This document shows positions 53,619-62,622 of a DNA stretch of 64,000 bases, one piece after another. Under the pieces are notes generated by a model. That model was given only the letters and a program-made list of their open reading frames with translations. It was not told the DNA's origin and ran no database searches. Positions within the stretch are counted from its first letter, which is position 1. The number at the start of each line of letters is the position of its first letter. The DNA is from an uncultured Acidobacteriota bacterium (GTDB taxonomy: Bacteria > Acidobacteriota > Thermoanaerobaculia > Multivoradales > SZUA-115): positions 768,001 to 832,000 of the forward strand of contig CAWDVR010000002.1 of NCBI GenBank assembly GCA_963805975.1, in the 5' to 3' direction. The position numbers and the translations under genes are program-made.

Positions 53619-54551
53619 ATGAACGGACGGGGTCTCGACCTCGAGCTGGCGCGCGCCCGCGAACAGATGCGCCAGGGCCAAGCGGACGCCGCGATCGAGT
53701 CGCTGCGCAAGGTGCTCTCCGCCGAGCCCGAGCACGCCGCGGCGCACGCGCTCCTCTCCTCGTGCCTGCTCGCCGACAAGCGGCTCCACGCCGCCCTCCA
53801 CGAGGCGCGCGCCGCCCTGCGGCTCGATCCGGTCCTGCCGGAGGCGCGCCTCGCCCTGGCGGCGAGCCTGCTCGCGAAGCGCGACCTGAAAGGCGCCGCC
53901 GCGGAGCTCGAGGAGCTGCGGCGGATCGCTCCGGCGAGCGACGCGCCCTACCGGATGCTCGCCGAGATCGAGAAGCTCAAGGCCAACCGCGCCGAGGTGA
54001 GACGGCTCCTCGAGCAGGCCCTGGCGCTCGACCCCGAAGATCCCGAGACCCTGGTCGAGCTGGGCGAGTGGCACCTCGAGCGCGGCGACGACGCCACGGC
54101 CCGCGCTCTGGCCCGCGAGGCGCTCTCGATCGTGCCCACCCTGCCCTCCGCGCTGGTGCTGATGGGACATTGCCTGCTGCGCCACGGCGAGGTCGAAGAA
54201 GCCCGCCAGCACGCCGTGTGGGCGCTCGCCCAGCGGCCCGACGACACCGCGGCGCTGGCGCTCCTCGCCGCCATCAAGGCGCGCGGCAACTGGTTCCTGG
54301 GCCTCTGGTGGCGATGGAGCGTGTGGATGGGAGACCTGGGCGACGGCCGCGCGCTCCTGGTGCTGTTCGGGGCTTATATTCTCTACCGCTTCGGCGTGGT
54401 GGCGCTGACGCAGAGCGAGGCGAAGGGACCCGCGGCGATCCTGCAGATCGCCTGGCTCTCCTTCTGCGTCTACACCTGGGTGGGGCCGGGCCTCTTTCGG
54501 CGTGCGCTCCGGAAAGATCTCGAGACGGTCGTGCTCAAGAAAGGTTTCTGA
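53619..54551 (+). CDS. TPR protein with C-terminal membrane helices
   Basis: Repeated AL.LDP TPR motifs and two C-terminal hydrophobic segments. Confidence 0.8.
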   Translation: MNGRGLDLELARAREQMRQGQADAAIESLRKVLSAEPEHAAAHALLSSCLLADKRLHAALHEARAALRLDPVLPEARLALAASLLAKRDLKGAAAELEELRRIAPASDAPYRMLAEIEKLKANRAEVRRLLEQALALDPEDPETLVELGEWHLERGDDATARALAREALSIVPTLPSALVLMGHCLLRHGEVEEARQHAVWALAQRPDDTAALALLAAIKARGNWFLGLWWRWSVWMGDLGDGRALLVLFGAYILYRFGVVALTQSEAKGPAAILQIAWLSFCVYTWVGPGLFRRALRKDLETVVLKKGF

Positions 54552-54559
54552 CTCCAACC

Positions 54560-56002
54560 ATGGAACGCCGCGCCAAGATCGTCGCCACCCTGGGGCCCGC
54601 GAGCTCCGAGCCCGCCATGGTCCGGCGCCTGCTCACCGCGGGGGTGGACGTGGTGCGGCTCAACCTCTCGCACGGCGACCAGGAGTCCCACCGCCGGCTG
54701 CTCGCCACGGTACGCGCCGAAGCCGCCGCGCTCGGCCGGCACGTGCCGGTGCTCGCCGACCTCATGGGGCCCCGCTACCGCCTGGGCACCATCGCCGGCG
54801 GGCCACGCCTGCTGAAGCGTGGCGAGCGCGTGACGCTCGGCGCCGGGCCCGGGAGCTTCGACCTGCCGGTGGACGACCGCCAGCTCGTGGCGCACCTGCG
54901 GGCCGGGGAAACGGTGCTGATCGACAACGGCCTGGTCGAGCTCGCGGTGGAGGCCAAGCGCGCCGGGAGGGTGACGGCGCGGGTCACGACGCCCGGCCTG
55001 GTCTCGACCCGCAAAGGCATCAACCTGCCGGACACCGAGCTGCCGTTCGTGATCTCGAAGAAGGACCGCTCGGACCTCGCCTTCGCGGTACGCGAGGGCG
55101 TGGACTACGTGGCCGCGAGCTACGTGGCCGGTGCCGCCGACTTGAAGGCCCTGCGCCGCGCGGCCGCGCGCTTCGGCGAGCCGCCGCCGCTGGTGGCCAA
55201 GCTCGAGCGCAAGGCGGCCATCGAACGGCTGGACGAGATCCTCGCCGAGACCGACGCGGTGATGGTGGCGCGCGGCGACCTGGGGGTCGAGGTGCCGCTC
55301 GACCAGGTGCCGGTGCTGCAGAAGCGCATCGTCGCCGCCAGCCGCCGGACGGGCCTGCCGGTGATCGTGGCCACGCAGATGCTCGAGTCGATGATGGAGC
55401 GCCCGCGCCCGACCCGCGCCGAGGCCACCGACGTGGCCAACGCCGTGCTCGAGGGCGCGGACGCGGTGATGCTCTCCGGCGAGACCGCGGCCGGCCGCTA
55501 CCCCGTCGAGGCGGTGAAGATGATGGCGCGCATCATCGAGCGCGCCGAGGCCTACCGCCGCGAGTTTCCGGAACGGATCACCCTGCGTCACGCCGCGGCC
55601 CCGACCCGTGGCGGTGCTCCCGACCCCCGGCAGGAGGCCGCCCGCGTGGTGTGTGCCACCGCGGCCCAGGCCGCGGACGAGCTGGGGGTCGCCTTCATCG
55701 TCGCCTTCAGCCAGGGAGGCTTCACCGCGCGCTCGATCGCCCGCTACCGGCCGACCGCACCGATCCGCGTCTTCACCACCGACGCCGCCGTGGCCCGCCA
55801 GGTGCAGCTCCTGTGGGGCATCCGGCCGCTGCTCATCGAGCGCGACGTGGACCACCTGGACGAGGTGGTCGAGGTGGTCGACCGCCAGTTGCGCCAGGCG
55901 CGGCTGGTCCGGGGCGGCGACTCGATCGTGCTCCTGATGGGTGACCCGATCCGCGAGCGCCCGCTCACCAACCTCATGCGCGTGCACCGCTTCGCCCCAT
56001 GA
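54560..56002 (+). CDS. pyk: Pyruvate kinase
   Basis: RRAKIVATLGPAS, RLNLSHG, MVARGDLGVE, ATQMLESM, MLSGETA. Confidence 0.97.
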   Translation: MERRAKIVATLGPASSEPAMVRRLLTAGVDVVRLNLSHGDQESHRRLLATVRAEAAALGRHVPVLADLMGPRYRLGTIAGGPRLLKRGERVTLGAGPGSFDLPVDDRQLVAHLRAGETVLIDNGLVELAVEAKRAGRVTARVTTPGLVSTRKGINLPDTELPFVISKKDRSDLAFAVREGVDYVAASYVAGAADLKALRRAAARFGEPPPLVAKLERKAAIERLDEILAETDAVMVARGDLGVEVPLDQVPVLQKRIVAASRRTGLPVIVATQMLESMMERPRPTRAEATDVANAVLEGADAVMLSGETAAGRYPVEAVKMMARIIERAEAYRREFPERITLRHAAAPTRGGAPDPRQEAARVVCATAAQAADELGVAFIVAFSQGGFTARSIARYRPTAPIRVFTTDAAVARQVQLLWGIRPLLIERDVDHLDEVVEVVDRQLRQARLVRGGDSIVLLMGDPIRERPLTNLMRVHRFAP

Positions 56003-56712
56003 TCCCGCTGCGCGACCTCAACCGCAGCCGGACCTTCCCATGGGTGACGGTGGGGCTGATCGCCGTCAACGCCCTGCTCTTCCTCTACGAGCTGTCGCTC
56101 GGCGACCGGCTCGAGGGCTTCCTCTTCCAGGCGGCGTTCGTGCCCGCCAAGGCCTTCGCCTCCGGGCCCGGTGCCGGCCTCGACTTCGGCCTGGCGAGCG
56201 GCCTGCTGTCGATGTTCCTCCATGGCGGCTGGATGCACTTCCTCGGCAACATGCTCTTCCTGTGGATCTTCGGCGACAACGTGGAGGACCTGCTGGGCCG
56301 CTTCCGCTACCTGGTCTTCTACCTGCTCTGCGGCTACGCGGCGACCTTCGCCCACGCCTTCGCGAGCCCCGGCTCCACGGTGCCGGCGATCGGCGCCTCG
56401 GGCGCCATCGCAGGGGTGCTCGGCGCCTACCTGGTGCTCTTCCCCGGCGCCCGCGTCGTCACCCTGATCTTCCTCGGCTTCTTCAGCCAACTGGTGGAGC
56501 TTCCGGCGCTCCTCTACCTGGGCATCTGGTTCGTGATCCAGTTCTTCTCCGGCGTGGCCTCGGTCTCCTCGGACACCACGGCGGCCCAGGGCGGCGTCGC
56601 GTGGTTCGCGCACATCGGCGGCTTCGTGGCCGGGCCGATCCTGTACTTCCTCCTGGGCGGGCGCCGGCCGCCCCGCGACGCCTACCCGCCCCGGCGCTCG
56701 CCCTACTCCTGA
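55999..56712 (+). CDS. Rhomboid intramembrane serine protease
   Basis: MIPLRD, MFLHGG..HFLGNM, GASGA, AHIGGF. Confidence 0.95.
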   Translation: MIPLRDLNRSRTFPWVTVGLIAVNALLFLYELSLGDRLEGFLFQAAFVPAKAFASGPGAGLDFGLASGLLSMFLHGGWMHFLGNMLFLWIFGDNVEDLLGRFRYLVFYLLCGYAATFAHAFASPGSTVPAIGASGAIAGVLGAYLVLFPGARVVTLIFLGFFSQLVELPALLYLGIWFVIQFFSGVASVSSDTTAAQGGVAWFAHIGGFVAGPILYFLLGGRRPPRDAYPPRRSPYS

Positions 56713-58208
56713 TGCGGGGGCCCTGGCAGAGCTGGCGAGCCGCCGCCTTCGTTGTCCTGGGGCTCGGTGCGCTGGCCGCGCTCGACGGTTTCTGGATCGA
56801 GCCGCGGCTGCTTCTGCTCCGCGACGAGGTGGAGCTCGGGCTCGAGCACCCACCGTTTCGCATCCTCCACCTGAGCGACCTGCACGTGGGGCGCGAGACG
56901 CAGATCGAGCGCCGCCTGCTCGCCGCCGCCGCCGCCGAGCGCCCGGATTTGATTGCCATCACCGGCGACATGGTGGCCGACACTCACGACCTGCCCAGGC
57001 TCGCGGAGCACACGGTGGCCGCCGCCCGCGTGCTGGCCGAGCTGCGGGCCGTGGCCCCGGTGGTGGCGGTGCAGGGGCACAGCGAGTACTACGGGCCGGT
57101 GGTGGCGACCCTCGGGCGCTCGGGGCTCGCCTGGCTCTCGAACGAAGGCCGGCGCGCCGGCAGCGGCGCCGGTTTTCTGCTCCTGGGGCTCAACCAGCAG
57201 GTGGGCAGGGAGTCGACGAACCCCGGCTCCGAGCCGCCCTACAAGCCGCTCACCGTGGGCGGCGAGGCCGCCTTCGGCCGCGACGAGGAGGGCTGGGAGA
57301 ACGCCTACGACCACTACGACCCGGCGCCCGCGAGCCTGGTGGCGGACGGGGGGCCGCTCTCCTGGACCTCGTACACGCTGGACTGCGAGATCCGGCTGGG
57401 GGACGCCGAGGCGGAGGCCGGGGTCGCGGTGCTCAGCCGCTACGTGCTGGGGGAGGACCGGTTGCTCCAGATCCGCCGGCCCTCGCCCGAGGGCGGTCCG
57501 CCCACCACTTTCAGCCTGGTGCCCCACGGCACGGCGCTCACCGACGGTCAGACGGACACCGGCGTCGCCCCCGAGCCCGGACGCTGGTACCGGCTGAAGG
57601 TGGCGACCGAGGTGGAGACGGCCGAGAGCCGGGTGCGATTCAAGGCCTGGCCGGCGGACGAGGCCGAGCCCAAGGACTGGCAGGCGTGGGCCACCGACGC
57701 CTCTCCCGAGCGGCTCACCGCCGGCACCGTGGGCCTCTGGGCCCGGCAGGGGACCGCCGCCTTCCGCAACCTCATCGTGACCGCCGCGGACGGCACGGTG
57801 CTGCTCACCGAGTCGCTGACCGGCGGCACCCTCCCGGCCGGCTTTCGTGAGGGCGCCCGCGCCACGCGACTCGAGCTCGCCCTCGCCCGCTCGCCCAGGC
57901 CGCCGCCCGGCACGCCGGTCATCGTCCTCGCCCACACCCCCGGCCCGGTGCTCGAGGCCGCCCGCCTGGGTCTCGACGCCGTGCTCGCCGGCCACACCCA
58001 CGGCGGCCAGGTGCGCCTGCCCGGCCTGGCCCTCCTCACCCGCTCCACCATGGGCCTGCACTATGACCTGGGAGTCTTCGACTTCGCGGCGCCGAACCCA
58101 CGAGGCTGGACTCGTCTCTATTTGAATCCCGGCGTCGGCACCTCGAAGCTCGCAGTGCGCTTCTTCTGCCCGCCGCGGTACGCGGTGGTGGAGGTGGGGA
58201 GTCGCTGA
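56712..58208 (+). CDS. Calcineurin-like metallophosphoesterase (YkuE-like) with a large inserted beta-sandwich domain
   Basis: LSDLH, ITGD, QGHSE, LAHTP, AGHTHGGQ; roughly 200-aa insertion. Confidence 0.85.
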   Translation: MRGPWQSWRAAAFVVLGLGALAALDGFWIEPRLLLLRDEVELGLEHPPFRILHLSDLHVGRETQIERRLLAAAAAERPDLIAITGDMVADTHDLPRLAEHTVAAARVLAELRAVAPVVAVQGHSEYYGPVVATLGRSGLAWLSNEGRRAGSGAGFLLLGLNQQVGRESTNPGSEPPYKPLTVGGEAAFGRDEEGWENAYDHYDPAPASLVADGGPLSWTSYTLDCEIRLGDAEAEAGVAVLSRYVLGEDRLLQIRRPSPEGGPPTTFSLVPHGTALTDGQTDTGVAPEPGRWYRLKVATEVETAESRVRFKAWPADEAEPKDWQAWATDASPERLTAGTVGLWARQGTAAFRNLIVTAADGTVLLTESLTGGTLPAGFREGARATRLELALARSPRPPPGTPVIVLAHTPGPVLEAARLGLDAVLAGHTHGGQVRLPGLALLTRSTMGLHYDLGVFDFAAPNPRGWTRLYLNPGVGTSKLAVRFFCPPRYAVVEVGSR

Positions 58209-58265
58209 GCCGCGGTCTTGTGCACGGCTGGCCGCAGCCCTACGACGAAGGCAGCCAGCCCCGTC

Positions 58266-58530
58266 TCAGCCGCGGGTCCGGAACACCACCACGACCTCTT
58301 CGCCGCCCTCGGAATGGCGGCTGACGTCGCAGATCACGAACTGCTCCCGCAGCGAGCGCTCGCGGGCTGCCGGGGTCAGCCGCGGGTCGTCCGCGAACTG
58401 GATCTCCGTGACTCTCGTCTGCCCCCCGGAGAGCGGCACGATCTCGACGTGGATATGGGCCGGCAGCGTGCTCGCCGGGTAGCCGCCGGGCCGGATCGTC
58501 TTCACCTCGAAGCGCCCTCGCTCATCGGTG
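58266..58530 (-). pseudogene. C-terminal fragment of an intradiol dioxygenase-like protein
   Basis: TDERGRFEVKTIRPGGYP..PAHIHV..EIQF motif; no start or N-terminal half before the MMPL stop at 58550. Confidence 0.65.
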
Positions 58531-58549
58531 AGCTCAGCCGAGGATGCGG

Positions 58550-61123
58550 TCAACCGGCGGCAGGCGTGTGCCTCTTCACCCGGAGCGCCAGGTAAGCCGG
58601 CAACAGGGCCACCGCCACGATCAGCGTGGAGATGGCGCCGATCGTCGCCACGTAGCCCGTGCTGCGCAGGCCGGGGTAGTGCGAGACGGCGAGCGAGCCG
58701 AAACCGGCAATGGTGGTGAGCGCCGCCACCACCACGGCGTTGCCGGTCTCCGCGAGGCCGGCGGCGATGTCGCCGCCCTCGCTCTTGAGCTCGTTGTAGC
58801 GGTGCATCATGTGCAGGCCGTAGTCGACGCCGATCCCCAGGATCATGGTGGTGACGAAGACGTTCATGAAGTTCATCTGCAGCCCGAAGAGCACCATCCC
58901 GCCCAGCATCCACAGCACGCCCACCGCCAGCGGCACCTGGCAGAAGAGGGCCAGGCGCACGTCGCGGAAGTCCGCCCAGGAGAGCAGGAAGACCAGGAGG
59001 GTCCCCAGCAGCATGCCGATCCAGGCATCGCGCCGCACCCGGTCGCGCATGATCTGGCTCACCACGTTGGCGCCGGTGAGGATCGCGTCCGGGCCGACCT
59101 CGGCGGCCAGGGCATGGGCCTCGGGCGGCGCCTGGCGGCGCCAGCGCTCGCCCGGCTGGTAGAGCTTCACCACGCTCTGCCACTGGCCGTTCTTCTGGCG
59201 CAGCAGGCGGCCGACGAGCTGGCCGGCCTGGCCCTCGAGTCCGAGGTCCCCGAGGTGGATCGGCTGGCTCGGCGACAGCGACTTCGTCAGCAGATCGAGA
59301 CCATGCGCGAACGGCTCGGGCCGCAGGCCCTCGGCGGCGAGCGCGGTCTCGAAGTCGGTGCGGATCCGGGCCGGGTCCAGGCTTCCGTCCTGGCGGCCCG
59401 CCGTGAGCCAGGTGAGGGCCTGCTGCTGCTTGCTGGGCGCGGGCACGAGGGTGGTCAGGCTCGAGACGCCGGTGAGCACGCCGTCGGCCACCAGCTTCTT
59501 GGCCTTCGCCGTCGCGAGCTCCGTGCGCTCGAGGAGCGCGTCGAGGTCCGGCCCGGAGAACAGCAGCATCATGTAGTCGAACTCCGACTTGAAGTGCGCC
59601 TGCACCTCCTCCTCGACCTCGACCCCCTGGTTGCCCGCCGGCCGCATCTGACGCCAACTGTCCTGGAACTTGAGATTGAGAGCGAGCACGCCCGAGGCCA
59701 GGGTGATCACCGCGCCGGCGGCGAGCACGGCGCGCGGGTAGCGGAAGCAGAAGCGGATCAGCCGGCCGACGCCGAAGCTGTGCAGGTAGAGCTTGGGCTG
59801 CGTCAGCCGTTTCGAGTGGCGGGCCTCGCTCCAGCCCAGCATGGCCGGCAGCAGCACCAGCACCGCGGCGAGGCAGAACAGGATGCCGGTGCCGGTCAGG
59901 ATGCCCATCTGCCGCAGGCCGGTGAAGTCGGTGAAGGTGAAGGCGTAGAACGACGCCGCGGTGGTCAGCGCCCCGACCACGATGCCGCGCGCGCAGTAGG
60001 TCATCACCACGTCGAGCGCCTGGTCGAAGGTGCGCCCGCGGTTGCGCTCCTCGACGAAACGGCCGTAGGCCACGACCACGAAGTCCACCCCGAGCCCGGC
60101 CAGGAGCGCGGCCGTGCCGCTGGTGGCCGAGGAGAGGACGCCGAACACCAGCGAGGAGAAAGCGAAGGTCAGCGCCAGGCCCACGGTCAGGGGCAGGAAG
60201 GCGTAGATCATCGTCCCCAGGCGCCGGAAGGCGATCACGAAGACCACCAGCACCAGCGCCATCGAGGTGTAGCCGTTGAGCTGCATGTCCTCTTTGATCA
60301 GGCGCTCGTCGAACATCGCGGAGACGTGCGGCCCGCCGACCTTGACCAGCGGCGCCTCTTCGCGGCCGCCCATCGTCGGCCATTCGGCGGTGGTGGCGGT
60401 GATCGCCGCCTGCACCTTGGCGTAGAGCGCCTGGTCGAAGGCGATGTTCTGCGGCGGCTGGCGCGGCTTGGCGAGGACGAGCAGCAGGCGCTGGTCCTGC
60501 GACAGGTAGTAGCCGCTCATCCAGTCGACCGACATCGAGCCCTGGCCGCTCTCGATGCGGCCGATGAACATCTCGGCCAGCCCGGCCGGATCGAGCCGGA
60601 TCAGGTCGCGGAGGACGATCGACTGGGGCGTCGAGATCAACCGCCGGAGCTCGGCGGCACGACGGGAGAGGCCCTCGGTCGAGAGCTTCTTCGCCACCGC
60701 CGTGCGGTCCTCGTCGGAGACGAAGAGCATGGCCTGCGGCAGGAAACCCTCGATCAGCTTCTCGGGATCGTCGATCCGGTGCTCGACGGCCTCGATCTCG
60801 GGAATCTCGGCCAGCCGGGGAGCGAGCGCGTCGGCGAAGGCCTCGTAGGGATCGACCGCCGTGCCCTCGGGGATCGCCACCGTGATCAGCAGGTAGTCGA
60901 AGGTGCCGAAATCGGCCAGCGTCGAGATGTAGGCATTGAGCGCCGGGTCGTTCTTCGGCAGCAGGTTCAGGACGTCGGTGTCGAAGCGCAGGCGCGAGAT
61001 CAGCACGCCCGAGATCGCCAGCAGCACGGCCGTGACCAGGAAGACCTGGTAGTAGTGGCGCTGGGCGTAGCGCGCCAGACGCTGCATCAGGCCCCTTTCG
61101 GGGGCGGTGGGCGGCTCGTGCAA
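58550..61123 (-). CDS. MMPL/RND-family lipid exporter
   Basis: Two repeats of periplasmic domain plus TM block with GLGVDF and GIGVDY motifs. Confidence 0.9.
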   Translation of the reverse strand: MHEPPTAPERGLMQRLARYAQRHYYQVFLVTAVLLAISGVLISRLRFDTDVLNLLPKNDPALNAYISTLADFGTFDYLLITVAIPEGTAVDPYEAFADALAPRLAEIPEIEAVEHRIDDPEKLIEGFLPQAMLFVSDEDRTAVAKKLSTEGLSRRAAELRRLISTPQSIVLRDLIRLDPAGLAEMFIGRIESGQGSMSVDWMSGYYLSQDQRLLLVLAKPRQPPQNIAFDQALYAKVQAAITATTAEWPTMGGREEAPLVKVGGPHVSAMFDERLIKEDMQLNGYTSMALVLVVFVIAFRRLGTMIYAFLPLTVGLALTFAFSSLVFGVLSSATSGTAALLAGLGVDFVVVAYGRFVEERNRGRTFDQALDVVMTYCARGIVVGALTTAASFYAFTFTDFTGLRQMGILTGTGILFCLAAVLVLLPAMLGWSEARHSKRLTQPKLYLHSFGVGRLIRFCFRYPRAVLAAGAVITLASGVLALNLKFQDSWRQMRPAGNQGVEVEEEVQAHFKSEFDYMMLLFSGPDLDALLERTELATAKAKKLVADGVLTGVSSLTTLVPAPSKQQQALTWLTAGRQDGSLDPARIRTDFETALAAEGLRPEPFAHGLDLLTKSLSPSQPIHLGDLGLEGQAGQLVGRLLRQKNGQWQSVVKLYQPGERWRRQAPPEAHALAAEVGPDAILTGANVVSQIMRDRVRRDAWIGMLLGTLLVFLLSWADFRDVRLALFCQVPLAVGVLWMLGGMVLFGLQMNFMNVFVTTMILGIGVDYGLHMMHRYNELKSEGGDIAAGLAETGNAVVVAALTTIAGFGSLAVSHYPGLRSTGYVATIGAISTLIVAVALLPAYLALRVKRHTPAAG

Positions 61124-61147
61124 GGTGAGGGCTCTCCGGTTGGGCGG

Positions 61148-61807
61148 CTAGACCTTGCCACGGGCGGCGGCCGGGGCCTCGCTCCGGGCCGGGCTCTCGC
61201 CGTCGGGGGTCGCATGGCGCTCCGGCTCCCCGCCGAAGCGATGCTCGCCGTAGAGGATCAGGCGGCCGAAGCGGATGAAGTAATGGACGCCCGAGTACAT
61301 CGAGATGGCGAGCGCAACCCACAGGAAAACGGGCGCCACCCACACCGCCGGCGGCGCCAGGTCACGCAGCTCGAGCAGCTTGTCGTGAATGATGAGGAGC
61401 GAGATGGCGATCACGTGGACCACGGTCTTGACCTTGCCCCAGAAGCCGGCGGCGATGATGATGCCCTCGCTCGCCGCGAAGCTGCGCAGCGCCGAGACCG
61501 CGAACTCGCGGGCGATGATGGCGACCACCATCCAGGCCGGCGCGGTCGCCGGGTTGAGCTCTACCAGAGAGATGAAGGCGGCCGCCATCAGGATCTTGTC
61601 CGCCGCCGGATCGAGGAGCTTGCCGAGGCGGGTCTCCTGCTGGCGCCGGCGGGCGAGGAAGCCGTCGAGGAAGTCGGTGAGCGAGGCGACGAGGAAGAGA
61701 CCGAGCCCCCACCACTCCTTGTTCTCGAACTTGGTCAAGAGGACCACGACCAGGATCGGCACCAGGACGATGCGGCCGAGAGACAGGAGGTTGGGCAGGT
61801 TGAGCAT
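61148..61807 (-). CDS. pgsA: CDP-diacylglycerol--glycerol-3-phosphate 3-phosphatidyltransferase
   Basis: NLPNLLS.GRI, TDFLDGFLARR, GKLLDPAADK, REF.VS.LR, GKVKT. Confidence 0.93.
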   Translation of the reverse strand: MLNLPNLLSLGRIVLVPILVVVLLTKFENKEWWGLGLFLVASLTDFLDGFLARRRQQETRLGKLLDPAADKILMAAAFISLVELNPATAPAWMVVAIIAREFAVSALRSFAASEGIIIAAGFWGKVKTVVHVIAISLLIIHDKLLELRDLAPPAVWVAPVFLWVALAISMYSGVHYFIRFGRLILYGEHRFGGEPERHATPDGESPARSEAPAAARGKV

Positions 61808-61875
61808 GCGCTTTGGGCGGCATCATCGCCTGGTGGCAACGATACCCCACCCCGCGAGCACCGGGATCGTCGACG

Positions 61876-62529
61876 TTATTGCCGCCGCGGCGGATCGGTG
61901 GTGATGAGCAGGCGGCCCGAAGCGTCGCGGACCAGGAACGGGATACGGCCCTTCTGGCTCTGGGCCAGGGTCGCCGCCGGCACCGGCATCTCGCGCCCGT
62001 GGAAGAGCTGGAGCACGCGGCGCACGTAGTCGCGGGTCTCGGGGTAGGGCGGGATGCCGCCGTAGCGCTCCACCGCGCCGGGCCCGGCGTTGTAGGCGGC
62101 GAGGGCGATCTCCACGCGGTCCTGGAAGCGGTTCAGCAGCCACCGCAGGTAGGAGGTGCCGCCGCGCACGTTCTGCTCCGGGTCGTAGGGGTCGTCCACC
62201 GCCATGTCCTGGGCGGTGGCGGCGGTGAGCTGCATCAGGCCCATGGCCCCCTTGTTCGACCGCGCCTGCGGGTTGTAGCCGGACTCGACCTGGATCACCG
62301 CCCGCACCAGCTTGGGCTCCAGGCGCTGCTCCTGGCAGTGGCGCTCGATCACCGTCCCCAGGTTCTCGCCGGGCACCGGCGCGAGCTGGACCGAGTGGCG
62401 CCGGGCGCGGTGCTCGGCACCCTCGTTGGTGATCACCTTGAGCCCGTCCGGCCGCGTCTCGACGCGCACGCCAGCGGCAGCCGGCAGAGCCAGCACCGAG
62501 GCACAGAGGAGGAACAGGCCGCGCTTCAT
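61876..62529 (-). CDS. Lytic transglycosylase (SLT domain)
   Basis: VESGY, KGAMGLMQL, AYNAGPG, IPPYPETRDYV. Confidence 0.93.
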   Translation of the reverse strand: MKRGLFLLCASVLALPAAAGVRVETRPDGLKVITNEGAEHRARRHSVQLAPVPGENLGTVIERHCQEQRLEPKLVRAVIQVESGYNPQARSNKGAMGLMQLTAATAQDMAVDDPYDPEQNVRGGTSYLRWLLNRFQDRVEIALAAYNAGPGAVERYGGIPPYPETRDYVRRVLQLFHGREMPVPAATLAQSQKGRIPFLVRDASGRLLITTDPPRRQ

Positions 62530-62622
62530 CAACCGTTCTTGGTCAAAACCCGATAAGGGAGAAGCATCTTACACCCGCCCGGGGGCCGGGGGAAGGGCGA
62601 GCCGCCGGCTTGGGAGCCGCGC

